DNA of 64,000 nt from Betaproteobacteria bacterium (lineage in GTDB: Bacteria; Pseudomonadota; Gammaproteobacteria; Burkholderiales; SG8-39). The first letter of the stretch is position 1. The number at the start of each line of letters is the position of its first letter. Below the pieces are notes generated by a model. That model saw only the letters and a program-made list of their open reading frames with translations, ran no database searches and was not told where the DNA came from. Shown here piece by piece: positions 47,117 to 56,485 of the stretch. The stretch lies in contig JANMUI010000779.1 of the NCBI GenBank assembly GCA_031391405.1, positions 2,127-66,126 of the forward strand, read 5' to 3'. Position numbers and translations under genes: made by a program.

Positions 47117-49201
47117 TCAGAGCGCGATCACTATATTGCCGCCAGTGTCGAGCCTGGCGCGGGCCTCCGGAGGAATCACGCAGGTCGCATCGTATTCCTC
47201 GACAATCACCGGACCAGAGCGGCCTGTTGCGAGATCCGAGCGGCGCAGTATCGGAGTTTCGATCCAACCGTGCCGGGCACCGAAATAAGCCCGCCTTGGC
47301 GCTGGTGGAACCGGTTCCTCCCGCGTTGACGTTACCTTCTCGGGAACGCTGGCACCCGGCCGCAGCCCCTGACCGACAACCTGAATGGCCACCAGCTCGA
47401 CAGGTTCGTCCGGGCCGGCGCGATGCCCGTATGTCTTCTCATGTTCCTTGCCGAACGCCTCTTCCAGATACGCAACCATCGTATCGTCGATACGTCCCGC
47501 CGGTACCGAGACACTCAATTCAAAGCTCTGTCCGGCATAGTGAAGCGACGCGGTGCGGTGAATGCGTACGCTCTCGCCGTTGAACCCCTCGGTCGCGAGT
47601 TGGCTTGCTGCCTGATCCGCCAACCCATTCCAGGCGAGGTCGATCTCGCGCAGGTCTGCATTGCGAAGCAGGCGTCTGAATGTTCGCGCGTAATGGTGCT
47701 CGACATCGGCGTAGAGCAGCCCGAAGGACGAGAACAGGCCTGCGGACGGCGGCACGACCACACTCGACATACCAAGCGAACTAGCCATCCCACACGCGAA
47801 AAGCGGCCCATTGCCGCCGAACGCAAACAGCGCGAACTCCCGCGGATCGCGCCCGCGTTCGGTGGACACCGACTTGATTGCGCGGATCATGTTCGATGCC
47901 GCGATCTGATGCGCTCCATAGGCGGCCTGTTCGCTCGACATGCCAAGCGGCCGGGCGATCGTTTCCTGAAAAGCATCGCGTGCCTTGGCTGCGTGGAGCT
48001 TCAATGCGCCGCCGACGAGGTGATGCGGATTGATGTAGCCCAGCACGACATTGGCATCCGTGATGGTCGGGACTGTTCCGCCGGCGTTGTAGCAGACCGG
48101 ACCGGGGTGCGCCCCGGCACTCTCCGGGCCGATTTGCAAGGAGCCGCCCGCGTCGATCCAAACCAGGGATCCACCGCCTGCGCCCACTTCCGCAAGATCG
48201 ATGGCAGGCACCTTCAACGTATAGCCCGCACCCGTCAGGAGACGCGAGCCGATCATGATGCCGGCCCCAACCGAATACTCGCTTGCGCGGGTCACGACGC
48301 CGTCTTCGACCATCGATGCCTTCGCGGTGGTGCCGCCCATGTCGAAGGTGATGATCTTCGGCAGGCCCTTTGCGCGCGCAAGGGCCTGCGCGCCGACCAC
48401 GCCGCCGGCCGGCCCGGACTCGATGATGTTCATCGGACGCTCAGCCGCGGCAATATCGGTGGTGAGGCCGCCGTTCGATTGCATAAGCAGGAGCCGCGCC
48501 GGAATCCCCGCTTCGTCCAACCCACGTCGAAGGGCTCGCAGATAACGTGACGCTGTCGGCATCACGTAGGCGTTCACGACTGTGGTCGAGGTGCGCTCGT
48601 ATTCCTTGATCTCCGGAAGCACTTCGCACGAGACACTCAGCAGCAGATCGGGGGCCTTGCGCCGAACGATCTCCTTGATCACCAGCTCATGCGACGGGTT
48701 GGTGAACGAGTTGAGCAGGCAGATCGCGATCGCTTCCACCTTCTCCGACAGCAGCGCATCGACCTGTTGTTCGGCGTCTGCTGCATCGAGCGCGCGCTCG
48801 ACCTTGCCGCGAAAATCGATGCGCTCGTCCACAACGCGACGAAGATAGCGCTCGACGAGTGCGACCGGTTTGGTCCAGCCGATATCGTAGAGACGCGGCA
48901 TACGCAAGGTGCGGATCTCGAGTACGTCGCGAAAGCCTTTGGTGGTGATCAGACCGACGCGCGCCCCTTTGTGTTCGAGAATCGCGTTCGAGGCGACGGT
49001 GGTCCCATGGCGAATCTCTTCAATCGCCTTGCCACCTAGCGATTGTTCGCGAAAAACCTCGGTCAGCCCCTCGACAATCGCCCGCGCATAGTTATCGACA
49101 CTCGATGAAATTTTCTTGGTGTGAACGCTGCCATCGGATCCGAGCAAAACGATGTCGGTGAACGTTCCACCAATATCGACGCCAACGCGATAGGTGATCA
49201 T
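47117..49201 (-). CDS. hyuA: Hydantoinase/oxoprolinase family protein, A (beta) subunit
   Basis: N-terminus is YRVGVDIGGTFTDIVL, with later blocks TFDMGGTTAK and AFGGNGPL. Length is ~694 aa. Confidence 0.9.
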   Translation of the reverse strand: MITYRVGVDIGGTFTDIVLLGSDGSVHTKKISSSVDNYARAIVEGLTEVFREQSLGGKAIEEIRHGTTVASNAILEHKGARVGLITTKGFRDVLEIRTLRMPRLYDIGWTKPVALVERYLRRVVDERIDFRGKVERALDAADAEQQVDALLSEKVEAIAICLLNSFTNPSHELVIKEIVRRKAPDLLLSVSCEVLPEIKEYERTSTTVVNAYVMPTASRYLRALRRGLDEAGIPARLLLMQSNGGLTTDIAAAERPMNIIESGPAGGVVGAQALARAKGLPKIITFDMGGTTAKASMVEDGVVTRASEYSVGAGIMIGSRLLTGAGYTLKVPAIDLAEVGAGGGSLVWIDAGGSLQIGPESAGAHPGPVCYNAGGTVPTITDANVVLGYINPHHLVGGALKLHAAKARDAFQETIARPLGMSSEQAAYGAHQIAASNMIRAIKSVSTERGRDPREFALFAFGGNGPLFACGMASSLGMSSVVVPPSAGLFSSFGLLYADVEHHYARTFRRLLRNADLREIDLAWNGLADQAASQLATEGFNGESVRIHRTASLHYAGQSFELSVSVPAGRIDDTMVAYLEEAFGKEHEKTYGHRAGPDEPVELVAIQVVGQGLRPGASVPEKVTSTREEPVPPAPRRAYFGARHGWIETPILRRSDLATGRSGPVIVEEYDATCVIPPEARARLDTGGNIVIAL

Positions 49202-49213
49202 GTTGAGGTCCCT

Positions 49214-51001
49214 TCAGCGCGAATGCCGGATGGGATCGTCCCGTTGCACTTTCGGGACTTCCTGCCAGTCGCGTGCCGCGCGGATCGCGGCGCGCGCCGA
49301 TCGTGTGGCCACCTCGTCAACCGACCATCGTCCGGTGTCGACAACCACGCCGTAATCGTTTTTCGCTTTGGCGACTGAAAGCAATTCGTTGCGCACATCC
49401 TTCAACACGCTGGCCGGCTCGCGCAGGAGCGGATCGCCCCAACCACCGGCGCCCGCCAGCACATGGCGCAGGATATCGCCGCGCTTGACGTTCATCGTGA
49501 ATTTGCTTGGCAGCACGCGGTTCTCGTCATCGGGATTGAGATAGTTCTCCGAGGGTCTGCCGGGATTCCCGCCGTACAAGCCGAACGGGCGATGGTCGCG
49601 TCGATCGGAGCGGACCTGCAGCACGCCTTCGACTTCATTGAATCGGTAATCGCGTTTGAACGGTACCCCGCCTCGATACTGACCGGCACCGGCTTTGTCC
49701 GGAACGAACTCGTACGCGAGGAGTGAGATCGGGTGCTCCGCTTCGGTGACTTCAATCGAGTGCGACGCCATATTCGCGAACATGTGGGAATTGCCGTCGA
49801 GCCCATCGGCCCATGGACGTGCGCCCCAGGCGCCGCAGGTGAAATCGACATAGACAAAGGGTTTGCGATTCGCGTAGTAGCCGCCGATCGAGACCCCGGT
49901 ATTGCCACCGTCACCCGCCGCCTTCACTTTGTCGGGAAGCATCATCGCGAGCACGCCGAACATGCAATCGACCATTCGGAATCCGGTCAGTCCGCGTGCG
50001 GCGCATGCGGCCGGCAATACGCCGTTCCCGACGGTGCCGGGTGGACAGATCACGTCGATTGCCCGAAACACACCTTCGTTATTGGGGATGCCTTGAGGCA
50101 GCACCGATCGCACGCCCGTGTACGAGGCGGCTTTGGTGAAGGAAAGCGTATTGTTGATGGCGCCCTTGACCTGCGGATGGGTCCCAGTCCAATCGACAAC
50201 AACCTGCGTACCGCGCTTGCGAAGCGTGACGAACAATCGAATCGGCTTGCCATAGTCGATGCCGTCATCGTCGATCCAGTCCTCGAATGTCCACTCGCCA
50301 TCCGGGAGCTTTGCGATCGCTGCGCGCGTGAGGCGCTCGGCATAGTCGATGGTCTCCTGCATATACGATTTCGTCGCCGCGACGCCGTACTTCGCCACGA
50401 GGTTGGCGAACTGCGTTTCGGCGATATGGCACGCGGCCAATTGCGCGCGCAAATCACCGGCGACCTGTATCGGCAAACGCACGTTCTTCTCGATGAACGT
50501 CATGATCGTCTTGTTCAGCTTGCCCGCCTCATACAATTTAAGCGGCGCAATGCGAAGGCCTTCTGCGTAGATCTCAGTGGAGTCGGAGGCGTTCGAGCCC
50601 GCAACCCGACCGCCGACGTCGCTGTGATGGCAAACGGTGCATGCGAACGCCAACCGCTCTCCGTCGTGGTAAAGAGGCTTGAATATGAAAATATCGGGCA
50701 GATGCATACCGCCATCGAACGGATCGTTCATGATGAATACGTCGCCTTGCGCCATGTCATCGGCGTAGTGGCGCATGATGGATTCCATCGCGGTTGGGAC
50801 CGATCCAAGGTGTCCCGGCAAAGTGAGCCCCTGCGCGACCAGCTTGCCGTTCGCGTCGGCGAATCCCGTCGAGTAATCCATGTTGTCTTTCAACACACCG
50901 GAATAGGTGGTTCGATAGACGGTCAGCGCCATCTCATCGGCAATCGAGAAGATCGCGTTCTTGAAGAGCTCGAACGTAATCGGATCGCGAACGTCGGACA
51001 T
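49214..51001 (-). CDS. hyuB: Hydantoinase B/oxoprolinase family protein
   Basis: ATG at 51001 has AAGGA upstream; the ORF opens at GTG 51028. Blocks DPITFELFKNAIFSIADEM, LPDIFIFKP and GGGWGDP. Confidence 0.9.
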   Translation of the reverse strand: MSDVRDPITFELFKNAIFSIADEMALTVYRTTYSGVLKDNMDYSTGFADANGKLVAQGLTLPGHLGSVPTAMESIMRHYADDMAQGDVFIMNDPFDGGMHLPDIFIFKPLYHDGERLAFACTVCHHSDVGGRVAGSNASDSTEIYAEGLRIAPLKLYEAGKLNKTIMTFIEKNVRLPIQVAGDLRAQLAACHIAETQFANLVAKYGVAATKSYMQETIDYAERLTRAAIAKLPDGEWTFEDWIDDDGIDYGKPIRLFVTLRKRGTQVVVDWTGTHPQVKGAINNTLSFTKAASYTGVRSVLPQGIPNNEGVFRAIDVICPPGTVGNGVLPAACAARGLTGFRMVDCMFGVLAMMLPDKVKAAGDGGNTGVSIGGYYANRKPFVYVDFTCGAWGARPWADGLDGNSHMFANMASHSIEVTEAEHPISLLAYEFVPDKAGAGQYRGGVPFKRDYRFNEVEGVLQVRSDRRDHRPFGLYGGNPGRPSENYLNPDDENRVLPSKFTMNVKRGDILRHVLAGAGGWGDPLLREPASVLKDVRNELLSVAKAKNDYGVVVDTGRWSVDEVATRSARAAIRAARDWQEVPKVQRDDPIRHSR

Positions 51002-51368
51002 CGGATTATCCTTTGCGAGGGGTGTCACTTACGGCCAAAGTATAAGGCGTGGTGATCGGGAACGGAAACACGCACCGGCGCGCATACTCCGGCAGGGCCT
51101 GTCCGTCGCCGCCCGCGGCGGGGCGCTTCGCAATCGATTCGGCACCGACCCGATGTTCGGACACTCCGGGCGTACCGGACGTTCCGGATGTTCAACAGTC
51201 CGATGCGTGACAACATCACGGCGCGACGGCATACTGGTTAGATGAATAGCCGCGGCCTGAGAGGGACCGGCAACGCATCGCGCCGTGTGTCCGACCAAGG
51301 TGAGAACGGTTTGATGGTACTGGTGTGCGCGATCGACTACCCAACAAGCTCAAACGAAGGAACATTCG

Positions 51369-51914
51369 ATGGCAACCCTTAAGAATCTGCCCAGACGGAA
51401 AGTGCGGGTCCGGGGATTTGGAACCTTCATGGTTCCGCGGCATATTCAAAGGATCGATATACACGAAGAGGACAAGGCCGGCACGCACGGCTGGCAGGTG
51501 CGATGGGACGGGACGAAGTTCTTCAGCGATGCGTCCAATGGCAAGCGTGACCCGACGGGATCCCTTGCGCGCTCCGAGCGATACCTGCGCACGATCTATA
51601 CCGGGCCCCGTCCTCGGTTACGCGAGACGGAACACAAAGACAAGAAACATCGAACCGGCATTGCAGGCGTTCAGTTGGCTTATCGGCGCCGCAAGGACAG
51701 GCAGATTGCGGAGGTGTATCTGCGGGTCAATCCTCCCCGGCAAGGTGGCGCCCCGCGCAGCATCTATGTCGGCACCGAGAACACCATCACACAGCTCCGC
51801 ATGCGCCTCGCGCTCAAGAAGGCGCGCGCGATGCGCGATTCGATGCGAGTCGAGTACCTCGCACATTTGGCACGTGGCGGCGCAGTAGGACCGGTCGCGA
51901 CAAGAGGAAAATAG
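51369..51914 (+). CDS. Hypothetical basic protein, possibly two AP2-like DNA-binding repeats
   Basis: ATG at 51369. GTHGWQVRWDGTKFF and TGIAGVQLAYRRRKDRQIAEVYLRV...SIYVG...ALKKARAMR loosely resemble AP2/integrase-type DNA-binding modules. I see no firm family. Confidence 0.45.
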   Translation: MATLKNLPRRKVRVRGFGTFMVPRHIQRIDIHEEDKAGTHGWQVRWDGTKFFSDASNGKRDPTGSLARSERYLRTIYTGPRPRLRETEHKDKKHRTGIAGVQLAYRRRKDRQIAEVYLRVNPPRQGGAPRSIYVGTENTITQLRMRLALKKARAMRDSMRVEYLAHLARGGAVGPVATRGK

Positions 51915-51949
51915 CGGTTCGCTTGATGCGCCATTTCGGCATCGCAGTC

Positions 51950-52178
51950 AGCGCTTTGCTCCCATACGATCACCCAGGTCGCCAAACTGCCGCGATTGCA
52001 CAAGCTATCGCCAAAGCTATTGCCAATAGAGTTGGCGCACGCGCATCTACGCCGCATCGAGGAGATCAACCCTCAAATCGATGCATTCATCGCGGTGACC
52101 ACTTCGCTTGCACACGATCAGTCGAAGGCGGCTGAACGCGAGATCGCGACGGAACGCCACCGCGGCATGATCCGCTGA
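51950..52178 (+). pseudogene. N-terminal fragment of an amidase-signature (GatA-like) enzyme gene
   Basis: TAAIAQAIAKAIANR is in one frame and ELAHAHLRRIEEINPQIDAFIAVTTSLAHDQSKAAEREIA in the next. A stop occurs at the point where the catalytic core should begin. Confidence 0.55.
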
Positions 52179-52601
52179 TCCGGCGTTCTCGCGAATCGAG
52201 GTACTCGCAGCGAATCCGCATTACACGGACGATTCCCTTGCGAGTCGTTGCTGTGATGTCCCGTTCGCATACTGCGAGGGCACGGCATGGGCGTTCGGGA
52301 ATGATCCCGCCTGAAGTCGAATTCGTCGCCGCACTTCCTCTGCCAATTCGGTCACCCTCCTTGAGGGGCCTGCGCGCGGTCGCGTCGCTTGATTGGTCCA
52401 AATGCGCGGTCGCATCGCCGCACGAACGTGATGTGCAACCAAATTGTTCGTGACTTATGCGATGAGACGCGTCCGATCGACAGCCCGAAAGTGGCGTGCG
52501 TCACGCTGACTGCGGCTTCGATTGTCGTTCGCATGGCGGGCCGTCAAGGAAAGGAGGGGCACGCCGATATTAAATTTACACCCCGATGAGAATCACCGAC
52601 C

Positions 52602-52940
52602 GTGGAACAGAAAGCAGACAACAACGGCAATGACGTGAAGAACGTCCCGCGTGACGCCAGATTCGCATTCGTATCGGCGTTCGGGATCAAGCCGCAGAAC
52701 CTGCGCGAATTGCACGTCTACAGCTGCGTCGGAAAGCTGGAGGAATTTCCCAAGAAGGTTGGGGAGCTGTTGCGCAAGCTCTACATCAACGGCTCAGCCG
52801 TCGGGGAAGGAATTATGGCACTCGTCAACCGTGGACGATTGCTCAACGAAGGCGAGGCGATTTACGTCGCCGTGGAGCGGGACGAAGTAACCAACAGGAA
52901 CCGGACCATCGCGTTTCTGGATCGTCACCGCCCCTGCTAG
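52602..52940 (+). CDS. Hypothetical small protein
   Basis: GTG start. Third codon positions are G/C-rich throughout. A strong terminator follows directly. I see no recognisable family. Confidence 0.55.
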   Translation: MEQKADNNGNDVKNVPRDARFAFVSAFGIKPQNLRELHVYSCVGKLEEFPKKVGELLRKLYINGSAVGEGIMALVNRGRLLNEGEAIYVAVERDEVTNRNRTIAFLDRHRPC

Positions 52941-52969
52941 AAGGGCTCACAGGGAGGGGAGCGTTTTCG

Positions 52970-52996
52970 GGGCGGCTTCGGCCGCCCTATTTTTTT
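52970..52996 (+). terminator. Rho-independent terminator
   Basis: The stem is gggcggc / gccgccc with loop ttcg, followed by tattttttt. Confidence 0.8.
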
Positions 52997-53011
52997 CCTT
53001 GTCCGCGCCGA

Positions 53012-53842
53012 TCAACCTGCTTCCAGACTATCGATGAGGCGCGTCTTACCGAGGCGCGCAGCGCTCAGAATCACCATCGATTGATCGGCTATCGAAGGTA
53101 CTTTGAGGTCCGCACACCTTCGTACCGTGATGTAATCGACTTGCCATCCGCGCCCTTGCAGCAGTGCCGCAGCCTTTCCTTCAAGCATTGAAAGGTCACG
53201 CTCGCCTGCGCCGACTGCCGTGTTGATCTGACGCATCACCCGCTGCAGATGCGGCGCTTCATCGCGCTCGGTCGCCGTGAGGTAATTGTTTCGCGACGAG
53301 AGTGCGAGGCCATCTTCGGCTCTCACCGTCGCGACAGGAACGATGTCGATCGGCATGTTCATTTGGCCAACCATCCGTTCGATCACGCGCAACTGCTGAT
53401 AGTCCTTCATGCCGAATATCGCTTGCTCGGGCTGTACGATATTGAAGAGCTTCGAGACGACGGTAGCCACCCCCCGAAAGAATCCGGGGCGAAGCTCTCC
53501 CTCGAGGATGTCCGCCAGCTCGACGCTTGGCATGACGAAGTAGTCCTGCGGGACGGGGTAGAGTTCCTTTTCGTCGGGTGCAAAGACGTAGTCGACGCCT
53601 TCGCGCGCAAGGGCCGCGCAATCGACCGCGAAGGTGCGCGGATAGCGGTCAAAATCTTCTCTCGGACCGAATTGCAGGCGATTGACGAAGATGGACGCAA
53701 CGACGATGCGGCCGCGCCGGCGGGCTTCGCGAACGAGTGCGACATGGCCTTCGTGCAGATTGCCCATGGTCGGCACGAAGGCAACGCCGTTACGCCGTGC
53801 CAGCAGCCCGCGCATGGCGGAAACCGAATCAACGACCTGCAT
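53012..53842 (-). CDS. panC: Pantoate--beta-alanine ligase
   Basis: ATG at 53842 has GGAGGA upstream. Blocks VPTMGNLHEGHVALV, SIFVNRLQF and RPGFFRGV. Confidence 0.95.
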   Translation of the reverse strand: MQVVDSVSAMRGLLARRNGVAFVPTMGNLHEGHVALVREARRRGRIVVASIFVNRLQFGPREDFDRYPRTFAVDCAALAREGVDYVFAPDEKELYPVPQDYFVMPSVELADILEGELRPGFFRGVATVVSKLFNIVQPEQAIFGMKDYQQLRVIERMVGQMNMPIDIVPVATVRAEDGLALSSRNNYLTATERDEAPHLQRVMRQINTAVGAGERDLSMLEGKAAALLQGRGWQVDYITVRRCADLKVPSIADQSMVILSAARLGKTRLIDSLEAG

Positions 53843-53857
53843 CGTGTCCTCCGGTGG

Positions 53858-54382
53858 CTACTTACTTCGCTCCACGCGCGCGACGCGCTGCGCGATACAA
53901 CGCGCGACGAGCGCCGATGCGGCACCTTGCCCTGGAATGACAATGCCGGGGCAGAGCTCGATAAGCGGGATCAAAACGAATGCGCGCTCATGCATCCGCG
54001 GATGGGGAAGCGTCAACGTCGGCGACGATAGTAAGGCATTTCCGTACAGCAGGAGGTCCAGGTCGAGCGCCCGTGGTGCGTTGCGAAACGATCGAATCCG
54101 GCCGAAATGCGTCTCGAGCGACAAGAGCCTTTCGAGCAAGGTCTTTGGTTCGAGACTTGTTTCGATCGCTGCCACGGCGTTGATGAAGGGCGGCTGATCG
54201 AGGTAGCCCACCGGGTCCGACGAGTAGAGTGATGATCGCGCGATCAGACGTGTGTTCTCGAGGTGCGGTAGCGCATCCAGTGCCCGATCGATCGTATTCT
54301 GCGCGTCGCCGAGATTCGCACCGAGACCAATATAAGCGGTGGCCGAACCGTGCTTCAAGCTAGGTCGATGCGTCCGAACCAT
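53858..54382 (-). CDS. folK: 2-amino-4-hydroxy-6-hydroxymethyldihydropteridine diphosphokinase
   Basis: Blocks AYIGLGANLG, FINAVAAIET, RALDLDLLLYG and LPHPRMHERAFVLIPL. The start is either ATG 54382, which overlaps the pcnB end, or TTG 54358 just after the pcnB stop. Confidence 0.85.
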   Translation of the reverse strand: MVRTHRPSLKHGSATAYIGLGANLGDAQNTIDRALDALPHLENTRLIARSSLYSSDPVGYLDQPPFINAVAAIETSLEPKTLLERLLSLETHFGRIRSFRNAPRALDLDLLLYGNALLSSPTLTLPHPRMHERAFVLIPLIELCPGIVIPGQGAASALVARCIAQRVARVERSK

Positions 54383-55727
54383 CGCCCGGTGCGGCGGCCG
54401 GTGGCTCTCCGGCCCCTTGCGTGGATTCGCGGACGGGCTTGCGCCGGCGCCGCCTGCGTGGCTTGTCGGCAAGCGAGCGTGACGGCGAGAGCATCGCGCT
54501 CCGCTCCCCATCGCTTGCGTCCTGGAATCTGGTCCACCAATCGACCAACTCTTGTTGCGCCTCACCGCTCGCCGCTCTGAGGGCAAGGAAATCGTAGCCT
54601 GCCCGGAATCGTGGATGCTCGAGCACGAGCATCGCGCGCTTTCCGGTGCGATTCTCGAGCCGCGGCTGCAGCACCCAGATCTCTCGCATCGTTGCGGTAA
54701 ATCGCCGTGGAATCGCGAGCTTCTCGGTCTGCATCTCGAGGATTTCGTCCATCGCCGCCATCAGCGATGGAATCGTGCGCTCGCCATCTTCCTCGTTGGC
54801 TTTCCACGCGGCCAGGACTTCGTGCCATAGCAGCGCCGCGAGGAGGAACGCGGGTGAGACACCTTTATCGGCGCGTATCCGGTCGTCGGTTTGTTGCAGC
54901 GAGAGATTCACGAATTTCTCGCCGAGGGGCTGCTCGAGTATCACATCGAGCAACGGCAACATGCCGCGATGCAGACCCTCCTGCCTGAGACGGTGAACGC
55001 ATGCATAGGCGTGTCCGGACAAGAGGAGCTTTTGCATTTCATCAAAGAGGCGCGCCGCCGGGACGTTTTCGACCAGCGGCCCGAGGCGATCGATCGGCTC
55101 ACGGGTCTTCGGATCGATCTGGAAGCCTAGCTTTGCGGCGAATCGCACCGCGCGCAACATTCTGACCGGATCCTCCCGATACCGCGCCTCGGGATCGCCG
55201 ATCATGCGGACGATCTTGCGGCGCAAGTCAGCCGCGCCGCGGTGATAGTCGAGCACGGCCTCCTTGGTCGGGTCGAAGTAGAGCGCATTGATGGTGAAGT
55301 CGCGGCGTGCGGCATCCTGGGCGCGTGTCCCGAAGACGTTGTCGCGCAAGACGCGCCCGTGCTCATCGGTTTCCGACGGCGTTTCGGCCCGAAAGGTCGA
55401 TACCTCGACCGTTTCATCCCCGAACATCGCATGCACGATCTTGAAGCGGCGTCCGATCAGTCGCGAGCGGCGAATATGGCGATGGACCTGATCGGGCGTC
55501 GCATTGGTGGCGACGTCATAGTCCTTTGGATGCACGCCCAGCATCAGATCGCGCACTGCGCCCCCGACCACGTACGCCTCGAAGCCGGCATCGGTCAGCG
55601 TCTCGCATACCTTGCGCGCACCATTACTGATCGCATCGCGGCGAATGCCGTGCTTCTCGAATGGCAAAACGTCCGGCTCCGTACCGTCCTGGAGTCGAAA
55701 AACCTTGCGTATCAGCCTTTTGATCAA
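54360..55727 (-). CDS. pcnB: Poly(A) polymerase I
   Basis: TTG start at 55727 overlaps the stop of the upstream ABC ATPase gene. Blocks YVVGGAVRDLMLG, DYDVATNA, RDFTINALY and the leg domain. Confidence 0.92.
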   Translation of the reverse strand: MIKRLIRKVFRLQDGTEPDVLPFEKHGIRRDAISNGARKVCETLTDAGFEAYVVGGAVRDLMLGVHPKDYDVATNATPDQVHRHIRRSRLIGRRFKIVHAMFGDETVEVSTFRAETPSETDEHGRVLRDNVFGTRAQDAARRDFTINALYFDPTKEAVLDYHRGAADLRRKIVRMIGDPEARYREDPVRMLRAVRFAAKLGFQIDPKTREPIDRLGPLVENVPAARLFDEMQKLLLSGHAYACVHRLRQEGLHRGMLPLLDVILEQPLGEKFVNLSLQQTDDRIRADKGVSPAFLLAALLWHEVLAAWKANEEDGERTIPSLMAAMDEILEMQTEKLAIPRRFTATMREIWVLQPRLENRTGKRAMLVLEHPRFRAGYDFLALRAASGEAQQELVDWWTRFQDASDGERSAMLSPSRSLADKPRRRRRRKPVRESTQGAGEPPAAAPGDGSDAST

Positions 55728-56485
55728 CGGGGGAAAGGTCCGAAGTCGGGGCCCGAAGTGGGCCAGTCCAGCCGGCAGCCGTAGAGTTGCTCGACCGCCG
55801 ATCGAGTAACGACCTTTGAAACGGGCCCCAGTTCGAGGCGGCCCGCATCATACATCAAGAGGGCGTGGCTACAGTGCCGGAGAGCGTATGTGGGATCGTG
55901 AAGCGTGCAGACTACAGTACCACCATCCATTGCGTGCGCGGAAAAGAGTGTCATCACAAGAATCTGCTGCGCCAGATCGAGATGATTGAGCGGCTCATCC
56001 AGCAGCAGCAGATCGGGCGCCTGCGCGATGAGTTGGGCAATCCTTGCGCGCTGTCGCTCGCCGCCCGAAAGGGTTCGAAATCGCCTTGATTGGAGGCCGG
56101 TCAGCCGCAGTGCGTCGATCGCCTCCGCGATGCGCAGTTCATCATCCGATGTGCGCTTTGCAAGCCAGCCCCGGTGTGGCATGCGCCCAAGCTCGACATA
56201 GTCCCGCACCGATCCCCAGTAATCCGCTGATTCGTCCTGGAGCAGCACGCCGATGCGAAGCGCCAAATCCCGGCGCACCCAGTCGTGCACCGGCTTGTCA
56301 TCCAGCAGCACACTGCCGAGGCGAGGTACCTCGAGCGCGGCGAGGGTGTGCAACAGGAGAGATTTTCCGGCGCCGTTGGGGCCGAGAACCGCCCAGCACT
56401 CGCCGGGACCAATCGTCCAGGACGTCGACTGTACCAACACCCGATCGCCGATCTGGATGGTGAGATCCTTGATTCTGAGCGTCAT
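55724..56485 (-). CDS. ABC transporter ATP-binding protein (iron-chelate/cobalamin importer type)
   Basis: ATG at 56485 overlaps the permease stop (ATGA). Walker A is GPNGAGKS, the signature is LSGGERQR and Walker B is LLLLDEP. Confidence 0.88.
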   Translation of the reverse strand: MTLRIKDLTIQIGDRVLVQSTSWTIGPGECWAVLGPNGAGKSLLLHTLAALEVPRLGSVLLDDKPVHDWVRRDLALRIGVLLQDESADYWGSVRDYVELGRMPHRGWLAKRTSDDELRIAEAIDALRLTGLQSRRFRTLSGGERQRARIAQLIAQAPDLLLLDEPLNHLDLAQQILVMTLFSAHAMDGGTVVCTLHDPTYALRHCSHALLMYDAGRLELGPVSKVVTRSAVEQLYGCRLDWPTSGPDFGPFPR

